From contig CAVXTH010000009.1 of the NCBI GenBank assembly GCA_963764625.1, forward strand, positions 320,001 to 384,000: a stretch of 64,000 nucleotides of DNA, given 5' to 3'. Shown here in pieces: positions 40,320-50,240 of the stretch. Origin of the DNA: Candidatus Krumholzibacteriota bacterium. GTDB taxonomy: Bacteria > Krumholzibacteriota > Krumholzibacteriia > JAJRXK01. A program made the position numbers and the translations under genes. Under the pieces are notes generated by a model, which saw only the letters and a list, made by a program, of their open reading frames with translations, did not search any database and was not told the origin of the DNA. How positions within the stretch are numbered: the stretch's first letter is position 1; each line of letters opens with the position of its first letter.

Positions 40320-42320
40320 ATGTTTCCTTCGCCTGAATTCGCGCTGAGTGCAAACCGCTGGCTGCACCGGGCTTCTCGCCGGGACCTCTGGCGACGCGCG
40401 GGCTTCGCCCTCTTCGTCGCGCTCCTCGCCCTTGGCGCCAGTCTTACGATCTCGGGGGGTGCGGTGGCCGCTCCGGCTCCGCTCAAGCCCTACGGGCAGC
40501 TGCTCAGTGAGGTGATGGCGTTCCTCTACAGCGACGTGGGAAACGGCGGCATCCGCACCTACGACGACGACCCCGCCGGACTGCCCGCTCCTCCGTATTT
40601 CTACCATTTTGCCATTCAGCACAACAACGACCTCGACAGCCGGCTGAGCGGATATCCGGGCTACCTGAGCATCTCGTATCCGGGTTTCACCACCAGCGTG
40701 GCGGTCGACGCGTTCTTGGATTGGTGGACCTATTCGGGAGATCAGGAAGCGCTGGATCGGGCGGTGACGATGATGGACTGGTTACTGGACCGCCGTACCC
40801 CCGCCACCGACATGTACGGCAACTGGCCCTATTCCACCCAGACCGAGGGCGTCATGGGAGGGGGCTTCGACGGCGAGTCGATCATGAGCGACAAGCCGGC
40901 CATGATAGCTCTGCGCTGCCTGCGTCTGCACCGCATCACCGGGCAGGCGAGGTTTCTCGACGCGGCTCTTCAGATCGCCGATACCTACGTGGCCACCCAA
41001 CTTTCCGGCGGAGTGGAAGACGACGGGCGATGGCCCTTCCGGGTGCGTCCATCCGACGGACTCGTGATCCAGGATTATACCAGCCATCTGATTCCCATCG
41101 TGCGCTTGCTCGAGACTCTCGAAGTCGATCACTCCGGTAACGGCTACGGCGCCGCGGCCGCGAAGGCGATGGCGTGGCTCACCGCCAATCCTCTCGAACC
41201 AACGAGTCCGCAGTACATGCACTGGGAAGGTTTCTACGAGGACGTGCCCCCGGCGGAGATGATCGGCGAGATCGACCACTACAGCGCCGAGGAAACTCTG
41301 GAGTACCTCCTCGACCGCGACGCTCCCGGCGATCTCGACAAGGCGATCGAGATCATGGACTGGTCGACCAACCGCTACCTGGCTCCCTGGAGCATGGAAA
41401 ACGGCTACGACGCCTACGCCCCGGTGGTCCTGGAGTGGGATCACTGGCCCCATTCCACCTATTCTGCCACCGGTCAGTGGGCCTGGATGCAGTTGAGACT
41501 GGACGCGATGACCGCGGGTACTGCCGCGAACGACACCATCTGGCGGAGCCGGGCCATTCTGGCCTTGAATAGCCTGACCTACGGCCAGGGACCGTTTTCC
41601 CCGCCGGGCGGCGACGGCCGGATGCTCACCACCATCCGCGAACTGACCGACCCGACCTTTCTTCCCGAGACCTGGTACGAGCAGAACTTCAACACCGTGA
41701 AGTACATGCTCCAGGCCTTCGGACTCGTACCCGAGCTGGCGCCCGACGACGAGAATCATCTGCTTGCCTACGAAGGCGCACAGCCCACTTCGGTGCAGTA
41801 TTCGACCACCGAAATCACGATCGCCTGGGACGGTCCCGGCGTAGCGCATTTCAAATTGGCCGGCGCCCCTTACGGTGTGCTGCTGAACGATGGTTGGATC
41901 GATCCGGTCGCTCCGGGAGTTCCCCTGGATCGGAGTTGGCGTTACGACGCGAGCACACACGTGCTGGATGTGGCGCACGAAGGCGAGACGGTGCGGATCA
42001 TCCTCACGGCAGGGCCTCTGACCGGGACGCCGCCCGTCCGCAATCCGTTAAGCTTGGGTCCGGCCTATCCCCAACCCTTCAATCCCAGGACGGTCATTCC
42101 CTTTTCACTCGCCAAAGGAGAGTCGATCCGACTCGTGGTGGTCGACCTACACGGACGCCTCGTCAAGGTACTCGCCAGCGGCTTCTGGCCACAGGGCCGA
42201 GCACAGACGAGTTGGGATGGCACGGACAACAGCGGCCTCGCGGTGGGCAGCGGCGTCTATCACGCGGTGCTGAGCACACAGGGGAGCCGCGTCGCGACGC
42301 CCCTGGTGCTGGTGCGCTAG
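40320..42320 (+). CDS. Secreted protein with putative alpha/alpha-toroid domain and C-terminal FlgD-Ig/T9SS-type domain
   Basis: Signal peptide; helix-hairpin pattern (TGQARFLDAALQIAD); C-terminal AYPQPFNPRTVIPF...WDGTD..GSGVYH; start could be 40272. Confidence 0.7.
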   Translation: MFPSPEFALSANRWLHRASRRDLWRRAGFALFVALLALGASLTISGGAVAAPAPLKPYGQLLSEVMAFLYSDVGNGGIRTYDDDPAGLPAPPYFYHFAIQHNNDLDSRLSGYPGYLSISYPGFTTSVAVDAFLDWWTYSGDQEALDRAVTMMDWLLDRRTPATDMYGNWPYSTQTEGVMGGGFDGESIMSDKPAMIALRCLRLHRITGQARFLDAALQIADTYVATQLSGGVEDDGRWPFRVRPSDGLVIQDYTSHLIPIVRLLETLEVDHSGNGYGAAAAKAMAWLTANPLEPTSPQYMHWEGFYEDVPPAEMIGEIDHYSAEETLEYLLDRDAPGDLDKAIEIMDWSTNRYLAPWSMENGYDAYAPVVLEWDHWPHSTYSATGQWAWMQLRLDAMTAGTAANDTIWRSRAILALNSLTYGQGPFSPPGGDGRMLTTIRELTDPTFLPETWYEQNFNTVKYMLQAFGLVPELAPDDENHLLAYEGAQPTSVQYSTTEITIAWDGPGVAHFKLAGAPYGVLLNDGWIDPVAPGVPLDRSWRYDASTHVLDVAHEGETVRIILTAGPLTGTPPVRNPLSLGPAYPQPFNPRTVIPFSLAKGESIRLVVVDLHGRLVKVLASGFWPQGRAQTSWDGTDNSGLAVGSGVYHAVLSTQGSRVATPLVLVR

Positions 42321-42745
42321 CCTTTGACGCTCGCGATTCCGCGACGGGTCAGCCACCTAGGAAGCTGCTCGCGCCGTAGCCAGAGGACGAGCAGGCCGCA
42401 GAGAAAGACCACCCAGGCCATGGAGAAGAGCAGTCCGCCGTCGCGGCCGACGCTGATGCCAAGCACGGTCAGATGCGAGACGATCGCGCCGAGCATCAGC
42501 CCGGTCGCAAGCAGCCCGCCGAAGACGGCCAGGCGCGGACTCAAGAGCAGAAGGACCGCGAGCGCCTCCAGCCCACCGGTCGCAAAGCGTCCCCAGGGCT
42601 CGACGCCCAAACGCGTGAAGAGTGCGACCGCTTCCGGTGCGCCGCTGAACTTGAAGTAGAGGGTCTGCCCCAGGATCGCCACGGCGACGAGCTGAGCGAT
42701 CCAGGAGATCCAGCGCTTGCCGCCGGTGAAAGAACTCTGCCCCAC
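42317..42745 (-). CDS. DoxX family membrane protein
   Basis: QTLYFKFSGAPE, EPWGR, GAIVSHL; 4 TM helices. Confidence 0.88.
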   Translation of the reverse strand: MGQSSFTGGKRWISWIAQLVAVAILGQTLYFKFSGAPEAVALFTRLGVEPWGRFATGGLEALAVLLLLSPRLAVFGGLLATGLMLGAIVSHLTVLGISVGRDGGLLFSMAWVVFLCGLLVLWLRREQLPRWLTRRGIASVKG

Positions 42746-42865
42746 GGTTTCCTCCCGATTCAGGGACTCTTACCCGGTCGCCGTGACTCGGCGAGGGCTT
42801 CTCTGACGCTCTCCCCTACGGCCAAGAGAACCGCACTGTGACCAGGGCCCCTCTTGGCGCCGGCC

Positions 42866-43805
42866 CTAGGGCCCGGCGTTGCCGGCTTCGCCCCACATCT
42901 TCTCTCCCGCCTCGACGGCGAAGGGAAGGGTGTTTCCCTCGGGGGGAAGGGGACAGGTCGCGTAGCGTGGTGAACACGCAGGGCGGATCGTAGGCCTTGT
43001 TGAAATCCACGACGACCGTTCCGTCTTCCGTGGGAGGATCGATCGAGAGGAAGCGGCCGCCGCCATAGGTGGAAATCTGGTTCGTGGCGTCTCCGAACAC
43101 GAGGAAGAGAGAGTCGGAGGGTTTGCCACTCGCGTGCAGGCGAACCGTCTTTCCCTTCCAGGAGAACACGATCGCGCCGTAAAGGGGTTCCTCGTCGATC
43201 TGCCCCAAGACGTTGGGCGTTTCGAGGACTTTGGGGGGATCATAAGGCTCCCACTTCGCGCGAATGCGCCAGGCGGGATCCACCGGGAATCGATCGATTC
43301 CGTGAAAACTCTGGCGCACCTCGCTGTCGCGGTCCTTGGCCCGGACGAAGTACTCCTCGCCACGCTTGATGAGATAGAAGCTCACGCCACCCCGCACGAC
43401 AATGGTGGGAGAGCCCGAATCATCGCTGCGCAACTCGATCTCTCTCTTCAGCGGTTTCCCCTCGCATTGCAATTCGCTTCCCTGAGAGGGGGTGAAGCGA
43501 AAGCGGTCTCCCTTTCTGTGGATGACTCCGAGAGTTCCGAGATCGGTCTCTGGCAAGCGTAGCTCGCAGCTCGAAGCGGTGCCAATGAAGCTGTCGCCCT
43601 CGGGCAGCGGGAAGAGTCCGACCAGAGTCAGCCAACCGTCGTCGCGTTGCAGGTGTTCGACCCGCCGCGCCTGCCAGGCATCGATCTCCGCCTTGTAGTT
43701 TGAAGCATCGATGCCACTCGAGTCGGCGCTTACGAGTTGCGCCCCGCAGCAGAAGAGGAGACAGAGTGGGAGCAGAGATGCTAGACCAAACGGTTTGACG
43801 GTCAT
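42866..43805 (-). pseudogene. DUF1684 family secreted protein with a frameshift near 42965 (probably a sequencing error)
   Basis: GWLTLVGL, FGDATN..TYGGGRFL, DFNKAYDPPCVFT, then YATCPLPPEGNTL..VEAGEK continues in another frame. Confidence 0.85.
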
Positions 43806-43971
43806 CTTCGACTCCAGTTTTGGCGGCGTGAGCTTCGCGCAACGCTCAGTGTAGCTCCGGAGGGTCGGCGCGTCGAGGCAGGAGCTTCCCGCGCCGAGAA
43901 CCCGGGCCCAGTTTCGGAGCGCACCGCTTCCTGCTATCATCGAGAGGACGGACTCGAGGAATGGAGACACG

Positions 43972-44607
43972 ATGTCGACCGCTCTCGCCGCATGGAGACG
44001 CCACCGGGTCGACTATCGCTGGCCGGCTCTCGCGGCGCTCGTGCTGGCGAGTCTGATCTTGGCTCTGCTTCCCCGCACCTGGCGGTTCCTCGAGCAACGG
44101 CGTATCGGTGCGCTCGTGCCAGAGCAGAGTCTCGCCCCGTTCTTCGCCGAAGACGAGGGTTTGCAGCTCATCGACGTGCGTCTGCTCCAAGGCGGTGCCG
44201 GCAAAGCGGCGAGCAAGAGCGCGCCCACCGTGGTGCGACCCGAGAGTCCCAAGTCCATCCCCAGGGACGAGTCGGAGGAGCTCGGGACCGGCGAGAACGA
44301 CTACGCTTTCGATCCGACCCACGCCTATCGTCTTGGCCAAGAGCTCCTGAAACCCGATGCCGCCCCCCACCCCCTTGCGCAGCAGTCGATTCCCCTGGCA
44401 TTCGGTTCGATCGTCGATTCGCGAGGGCACTCCGCTCTTGCGCCGCGGGACAGCCAGGTCACGCGAGCCGAGCTCAATTTCGCCCAACTCCAGCGGCAGC
44501 TCTTCTTGAAGAACGCCCCCACCTGGGCGATGGATAAAGCCACCGAACGCGCGCGGGAACTCTACTTGAAAATGCTCATGAGTAATCCTCTACGGGGACC
44601 GCAGTAG
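43972..44607 (+). CDS. Hypothetical protein with N-terminal TM helix
   Basis: 211 aa, SD-like GGAGA, one TM segment (WPALAALVLASLILALL), fills the gap between two genes. Confidence 0.55.
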   Translation: MSTALAAWRRHRVDYRWPALAALVLASLILALLPRTWRFLEQRRIGALVPEQSLAPFFAEDEGLQLIDVRLLQGGAGKAASKSAPTVVRPESPKSIPRDESEELGTGENDYAFDPTHAYRLGQELLKPDAAPHPLAQQSIPLAFGSIVDSRGHSALAPRDSQVTRAELNFAQLQRQLFLKNAPTWAMDKATERARELYLKMLMSNPLRGPQ

Positions 44608-45916
44608 GGGGCGCCAAGACCCGAGACATCGGCTTGATGAGCAGCGCGTTTCCGACGAGCCGGCCTCCCAGGTAGGCGATGGCGGCGCAGGTGGCGCCGG
44701 CGAAGCCCAGAAAGTGGATCGAGAGCCAGAGAACCAGGGCGATTCCCAAGAGCTCGGCCGCGGTGGCCAGGCTGATCGGTTCGGTCCGGCGTCCACACAC
44801 CAGGATGGATCGCTGAAAGGACAAAAGTACCGAGAGCGCGGGGAAGAGCACGAGAATCCGGGTGGGGGCTAATGCGAAGGAAATGAGTTCGGGCTCGAGT
44901 CCGCTCAGGGTTCCGTACCAGAATTCGGCGAGCGGGGTCCAGGCGATCAGCAGCATGCCAAAGGTCGTTACCAGTGCGAGCAGCTTTGCGAAGGTCTTCA
45001 AGGGGGCCAGTTGGCGCCAGCGGTCTCCCATGAGTGCGATCACGACGTCTTGAAACGCGAGGGCCGGGGAACGGAAGATGAAGGACAGAGAATTCACCAC
45101 CGGCAACACGGCGAGCGACTCCAGGCTATACGCGGCGTGTCCCATGAAAAACGTGACCACCGGTTGCGCCGCCAGCGAGATGGTGGAGGTCAGGGCCAAG
45201 GGTAAATAGAAGCGGGTGATGTCCAGATAGCCCAGGCCAGGCAGAAGCGGATCGGGTTCCTCGAGGCGGCGCAGCGCCGCGCGCGCCATGAGCCGGCTCG
45301 CGAGCGCTTCCGCGCACACCCCACAGGCCAGGGCGGCGGCTCCGACGACCGCTCCCGGCACCGAGTGCCCAAAGTAGAGAACGAGAGCCACCGTGCTCAT
45401 GGTGAGAAGGCGCACCACGGTACCGTAGGCGACGCGTCGCGTGAACCCACCGCGAATCAACACGCCCTGATAGAGGCGCCGATAGCCGATGGCTGCGGGC
45501 CACGGCAACAGGATCCACAAGGAGGTCCTCGTGAGATGCTGTACCTCCACCGGTAGGTTCATGAGAGTGGCCGTGATCCAGCTAAACAGAGGCGTGGCGA
45601 GCAAGACGATCTGGAAGGCGGTGATCGACACGTTGAGCACGTAAGTGAAACGGCGCAGGCGACGGAAGCTGGGAGCGTCCGCGGCCAGCGCGGTGGCCGC
45701 GCTCATGATCATGATCACGGGAGACTCGATGATGATCGCGAAGGCGTAACTGACCCCATACGCGGCGAGATTGAACTTGGGCTCGATGAGTCTCGCGATG
45801 ATCGCGGCGAGAAAGGGACCCTCCATCGCCATCATCAGCCAGGTGGCGGCCAGGGGCAGCCAGAAGGCGAGAATCTGTCGCTGGCGCAGCCGGTCTTCGT
45901 GAAGGGCTTGGATCAT
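44576..45916 (-). CDS. MATE-fold membrane transporter, ANKH-like
   Basis: About 12 TM helices in two repeats (FWLPLAA and FYLPLAL); LAAYGVSYA..IESP, WPAAIGYRRLYQGVLI. Confidence 0.75.
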   Translation of the reverse strand: MIQALHEDRLRQRQILAFWLPLAATWLMMAMEGPFLAAIIARLIEPKFNLAAYGVSYAFAIIIESPVIMIMSAATALAADAPSFRRLRRFTYVLNVSITAFQIVLLATPLFSWITATLMNLPVEVQHLTRTSLWILLPWPAAIGYRRLYQGVLIRGGFTRRVAYGTVVRLLTMSTVALVLYFGHSVPGAVVGAAALACGVCAEALASRLMARAALRRLEEPDPLLPGLGYLDITRFYLPLALTSTISLAAQPVVTFFMGHAAYSLESLAVLPVVNSLSFIFRSPALAFQDVVIALMGDRWRQLAPLKTFAKLLALVTTFGMLLIAWTPLAEFWYGTLSGLEPELISFALAPTRILVLFPALSVLLSFQRSILVCGRRTEPISLATAAELLGIALVLWLSIHFLGFAGATCAAIAYLGGRLVGNALLIKPMSRVLAPPTAVPVEDYS

Positions 45917-45966
45917 CGTCCAGGCATGATAGCGGTTGTCATGCCAAAGGCAATGCGCGCATCGGC

Positions 45967-45995
45967 TTGCGAGGTGTGGGGGTGTTACCTAAAGT
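45967..45995 (+). promoter_or_regulatory. Sigma70-type promoter of htpG
   Basis: TTGCGA-N17-TAAAGT. Confidence 0.5.
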
Positions 45996-46076
45996 CTTGG
46001 CGCAAGGCGGGGAGAGCTCCGCGGCGCCCGCCCGCTCACCCGCTCGATGAGAATTTGGCTAGGAGAGTACGAAACC

Positions 46077-47975
46077 ATGGCACGATCGAAGTCCGTGAAA
46101 GAGACGCTCGAATTCAAAGCCGACCTGCGCCAGGTCCTCGAGATCATCACTCATTCGTTGTACAGCCACCGTGAGGTCTTCCTGAGGGAGCTCATTTCGA
46201 ATGCGAGCGACGCCTTGGATAAGCTCCGCTTCGAGGCCTTGACCCGGCCCGAGCTACGCGATCAGGACGGCGAGCTCAAAGTTCGCATCTCGGTCGACAA
46301 GGACTCGAAAACTCTGACCGTGAGCGACAATGGAATCGGCATGAGTCGCAGCAGCATCGTGGAGGATCTCGGCACCATCGCGAAAAGCGGCACCCGCAGC
46401 TTCTTGGAGCGGCTGAAAGAGGCCAAGTCGGCTGATCAGCCCGAGCTCATTGGCCAGTTCGGAGTGGGTTTCTATTCGGCGTTCATGGTGGCTAGCGAGA
46501 TCACGGTTCGCTCCCGGCGAGCCGGAGAGAGCGAGGGCGTGGAATGGACCAGCCGTGGTGAGGGTGAATTCACCCTCTCGGACGTCGACAAGCCCGATCC
46601 GGGCACGGAAATCCGGCTTCATCTGCGGGACGACGCGGACGAGTATCTGGAAACGCACCGCCTCATGGGGCTGGTGCGCAAGTACAGCGACTTCATCGAA
46701 CACCCGGTGGTGATGGAGCTCGAAAAGGAGGTCGACGGGGAGAAGAACTTGGTCGAGGAAACGCTCAACAGCGGAAAAGCCATTTGGCTTCGATCTCCCA
46801 AAGATCTCTCCGAGAGCGATTACGCCGAATTCTACAAACAGCTCACCCGGGACTTCCAGGAGCCTCTCTCGACCATCCACTACAGCGCCGAGGGCGTCAT
46901 CGAATTCAAGTCGCTTCTCTTCATCCCCCAATCACCACCCTGGGACCAGCTCTTCGGAGAATCCAGAAGTGGGCTCAGTCTGTACATCCAGCGTGTCTTC
47001 ATCATGGATGATTGCCAGAATCTGCTTCCTGCATACCTGCGCTTCGTGCGCGGCGTGGTTGACAGCGCGGATCTGCCGCTGAACGTTTCGCGCGAACTTC
47101 TGCAGGAGAACGCACTGGTGCACAAAATCCGCAAGAATCTTACCAAGCGAATTCTCAAGAGTTTGGAGGAGATGAAGTCGGATGACCGCGTCAAGTACGA
47201 GAAATTCTTCAAGAACATGGGACCGGTCTTGAAAGAGGGCATCACCCGGGATTTCGAGAATCACGATGCCGTGGCCGAGCTGCTGCTCTTTCAGAGCACG
47301 CGTACCCAACCCGGCGAGACCACCACTCTGGAGCACTACCTCGCCGGCATGCCCGAGGATCAGGAGGCCATCTGGTATCTCATCGGTGAAAATCGCTCTC
47401 AGATCGAAAACGCGCCCTATCTGGAATCCTTCAAGTCCAAGGGGCAAGAGGTGCTGCTTCTGACCGATCCGGTGGATGAGTTTCTGGTTCACTCGCTTCC
47501 CAGCTACAAGGAAAAGCCGCTACGCGCGGTGGACCGCGAGGAGACGGAGACTGAAGAGGTCTCGGAGCTCACGAAGGAAAGCTATCAGGGGGTCCTGGAG
47601 TACCTCGACTCGCGAATCGAGGAAGTCGGTGAAGTCCGTCTCAGTTCGAGATTGCGCGAGAGCGCGTCCTGTCTGGTGGCGGCCGAAGGTGCTCTGGGCT
47701 CGCACATGGAGAGGCTACTGGAGAAGATGGGCCGTGAGGACGAAATGCCCGAGAGCAAGCGAATCCTCGAGTTGAATCCCGAGCACGCCGCGGTGCAGGC
47801 GTTGCGAACGCTCTTCGAGATCGACCGAGAGGATGAACGCACGCTCACGTTCGGGCGCCTGCTCTACGATGAAGCGGTGTTGGCCGAGGGTTCGCGGCCG
47901 AAAGACCCGGCCGCGTTCGCGCAGCGGATCAACGAACTCATCGTGGGCAGCGTGCGAGAATCAGGGCCGAAGTAG
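46077..47975 (+). CDS. htpG: Chaperone HtpG (Hsp90)
   Basis: FLRELISNASDALDK, DNGIGM, IGQFGVGFYS, DLPLNVSRE, LELNPEH. Confidence 0.98.
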   Translation: MARSKSVKETLEFKADLRQVLEIITHSLYSHREVFLRELISNASDALDKLRFEALTRPELRDQDGELKVRISVDKDSKTLTVSDNGIGMSRSSIVEDLGTIAKSGTRSFLERLKEAKSADQPELIGQFGVGFYSAFMVASEITVRSRRAGESEGVEWTSRGEGEFTLSDVDKPDPGTEIRLHLRDDADEYLETHRLMGLVRKYSDFIEHPVVMELEKEVDGEKNLVEETLNSGKAIWLRSPKDLSESDYAEFYKQLTRDFQEPLSTIHYSAEGVIEFKSLLFIPQSPPWDQLFGESRSGLSLYIQRVFIMDDCQNLLPAYLRFVRGVVDSADLPLNVSRELLQENALVHKIRKNLTKRILKSLEEMKSDDRVKYEKFFKNMGPVLKEGITRDFENHDAVAELLLFQSTRTQPGETTTLEHYLAGMPEDQEAIWYLIGENRSQIENAPYLESFKSKGQEVLLLTDPVDEFLVHSLPSYKEKPLRAVDREETETEEVSELTKESYQGVLEYLDSRIEEVGEVRLSSRLRESASCLVAAEGALGSHMERLLEKMGREDEMPESKRILELNPEHAAVQALRTLFEIDREDERTLTFGRLLYDEAVLAEGSRPKDPAAFAQRINELIVGSVRESGPK

Positions 47976-50138
47976 CACCGCGGAAACCACGCGACGCTCG
48001 CCCCCGGCTTCCGCGAGCATCCAGAACACTCCCGAGGCTACTCGGCGACCGCGATCGTCTCGGCCATCCCACAAGATCTCATGAGGTCCGGCCGAGAACT
48101 CCTCTCCGGGAAGAGAACGCACGACGCGCCCCCGCACGTCCACCCATCGCATGCGGACTCGCGCCGCCCGACTCAGGTCCAATTCGAAACGAAGTCCGTT
48201 TGCGCTGGGTCCTAACAGGCCCAGGCGCAAGAGCGCTCCCGTCGCCACCGGAGCCGCGACTGCCTGCAGAGCGATCTCGAATCGGCGCGGCCCTCCCTCG
48301 TTCCAGGTGAAATCGCCGTCCGGCTCCTCCGCGCGCACGTGCCACCAGTACTCGCGACCGGGATCGAGTGCGCGTAGGTCGAGAAAGGTGTCCTCGCGTG
48401 CGGGATAGACGACGGCGGAATCGAAGGCGGGAGTTTGGCTCAGCTCGAGCACGTAGTGGAGCGGTTCCCCGTCATACTCGCGGGCGTGATACCAAAAGAG
48501 ACGAAATCCGGTTTCGCCCACCACTCGATCCTGCTCGGGCCAGATCAGATGGAACTTGCCCGGAGGATCGTCGGCCAGGGCTTCCCACTTCGCGGCGTCG
48601 CCCAGCAAGATTTCCCGCGCGGCCACGCTGTCGGCCGGCCCCAGATAAGCTCGCTGCTTGAGGCTGTTCTTCCAGATCGAAGTCAAGCCATCCGCGTTCC
48701 GTCTGGCGGTCGCCAGTGGTACCGGGGCGGCGAGGCCGCGCTCCACGAAAATCGGCGAACTCAGCAGACGGAGACTGTCCTGGGGCGCGAACCAGGTTCC
48801 TCCCTTCGCCACGGCTTCCACGAAGATCGCATCATCGTGGGGAAAGTTCAGGGTGGCGACCAGGTCGAAATCGTTGGCCTTAGAGGGGTCGACGGGGAGG
48901 TCCTCCCAGCGCCCGCTACGGCCGTGAATCGTCACGCGCGCGATCGGAGTCCACGAGACCAGATGGAGCCGCAAGAGGGCGGAATCTGAGGAGAGTTGCA
49001 GCCGATCCCCGAGCATGGCGTCGTCCAGTCGGCACTCGAGGAGCAGCGGACCGTTCGAAGCGTAGCTTCGCTGCGCGCGGACGGCGGAACGCCATTGGCG
49101 ATCGAGGAGAGAATGGGCGGGAGGCGCCGGATTCTCGATGTAGGCGTAGGTGCGCAAAGACCCCACGGGAGGAACCTGGGCCCGGTCGAGAACCGCATCC
49201 GTCTCCCCCAAACTCGCCCAATGGGCTCCCGCCTCCAGGCCGTCGAGCAGGGGCTGCAGGTTCCAGGGCTGAGGAGATCCGTTGCTCCAACTCCCGGTGG
49301 CCACCCCCTCGACCAGCGAACCCATGGCGAGCGATTCCAATTCTCTCGCTTCCCCTGTCTCTGGCCAGCCCAGGGCATAGGTCGAACTTCCCCCGGTATG
49401 AGGGTGCGCGATATAGGCCAGGGGAGGATTCGCGCTCTCCAGGACCTTCTGCAACAGGGGCCAGCCGGGAAGTTCGGGACCGTTCGCCCAGGGATTTCCC
49501 TCCACCGTGACCAAATTTCTCGCCCCCAGAATGACCACGTGTCCCCAAAAGCCACTGCGGAATTCCTCACCCCATACCACCAGGGATCCTCTCTGGTCGA
49601 ACTGGATCGCTCCGCTCGGCGTGTCCAGACGGTTCTCCAACAGGTAGAGGAGATCGAGATCCTCGGCGCGCGCCATTTCCCCGACCTCGTCCATGCTCGG
49701 AATTGAATAGACGCTCGAACCGTCGCCGTGCGTGAGATGAACGTGAGGATCGGCGGAAAACCAACCCCAGTCGTGCGGATCGATAAAGCGCTCCACCTCC
49801 ACCTGTAGCTGGCGATCCTCGTTGAGATCGACGGTGTACTGGCGGGGAATGCGCGACGGTCCACCCAGCACGCACACCCGGTAGCTTCCGGGATCCAAGG
49901 TGAGATCGAGCTGGTCTTCGGCGTACAGATAGGGAGTGCTCGTCTGGTCACGGTGCGTGTGGAGGAAGGAATCGGGAACCCTCAGGGCCGTTCCATCTTC
50001 GGAGAAGATCTGCAGCCGCGCGGCGGCGGGAGCACCGCTTTGCGCGTCACGGAGAACGAGACTCAGGGTAGCCGCGCCAGCGCGGGCACCGCGAACGAGC
50101 AAGAGGCTCAGAACCAAGAGGAGAACGCGGAATTTCAT
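47961..50138 (-). CDS. Secreted CehA/McbA-like (PHP-fold) metallohydrolase with C-terminal FlgD-Ig domain
   Basis: Signal peptide; WFSADPHVH, GEEFR..WGH, YIAHP, GETD, GSLRTYA, SYASNGP; C-terminal WDGRDDRGRRVASGVF. Confidence 0.75.
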   Translation of the reverse strand: MKFRVLLLVLSLLLVRGARAGAATLSLVLRDAQSGAPAAARLQIFSEDGTALRVPDSFLHTHRDQTSTPYLYAEDQLDLTLDPGSYRVCVLGGPSRIPRQYTVDLNEDRQLQVEVERFIDPHDWGWFSADPHVHLTHGDGSSVYSIPSMDEVGEMARAEDLDLLYLLENRLDTPSGAIQFDQRGSLVVWGEEFRSGFWGHVVILGARNLVTVEGNPWANGPELPGWPLLQKVLESANPPLAYIAHPHTGGSSTYALGWPETGEARELESLAMGSLVEGVATGSWSNGSPQPWNLQPLLDGLEAGAHWASLGETDAVLDRAQVPPVGSLRTYAYIENPAPPAHSLLDRQWRSAVRAQRSYASNGPLLLECRLDDAMLGDRLQLSSDSALLRLHLVSWTPIARVTIHGRSGRWEDLPVDPSKANDFDLVATLNFPHDDAIFVEAVAKGGTWFAPQDSLRLLSSPIFVERGLAAPVPLATARRNADGLTSIWKNSLKQRAYLGPADSVAAREILLGDAAKWEALADDPPGKFHLIWPEQDRVVGETGFRLFWYHAREYDGEPLHYVLELSQTPAFDSAVVYPAREDTFLDLRALDPGREYWWHVRAEEPDGDFTWNEGGPRRFEIALQAVAAPVATGALLRLGLLGPSANGLRFELDLSRAARVRMRWVDVRGRVVRSLPGEEFSAGPHEILWDGRDDRGRRVASGVFWMLAEAGGERRVVSAVLLRP

Positions 50139-50240
50139 GGACCCGTAGTTTCGTCGTCTCGCTCGTGCCCAGAGCTTCACGAGACTGCTCGAGGAAGTAC
50201 GGAGTATGGCACACCCGACCGGAGGTTGGCCAGCCAGCGA

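Noticed and set aside
45917-46076. CIRCE or other heat-shock element before htpG
   Set aside because: No TTAGCACTC-N9-GAGTGCTAA; only a sigma70-like promoter is visible
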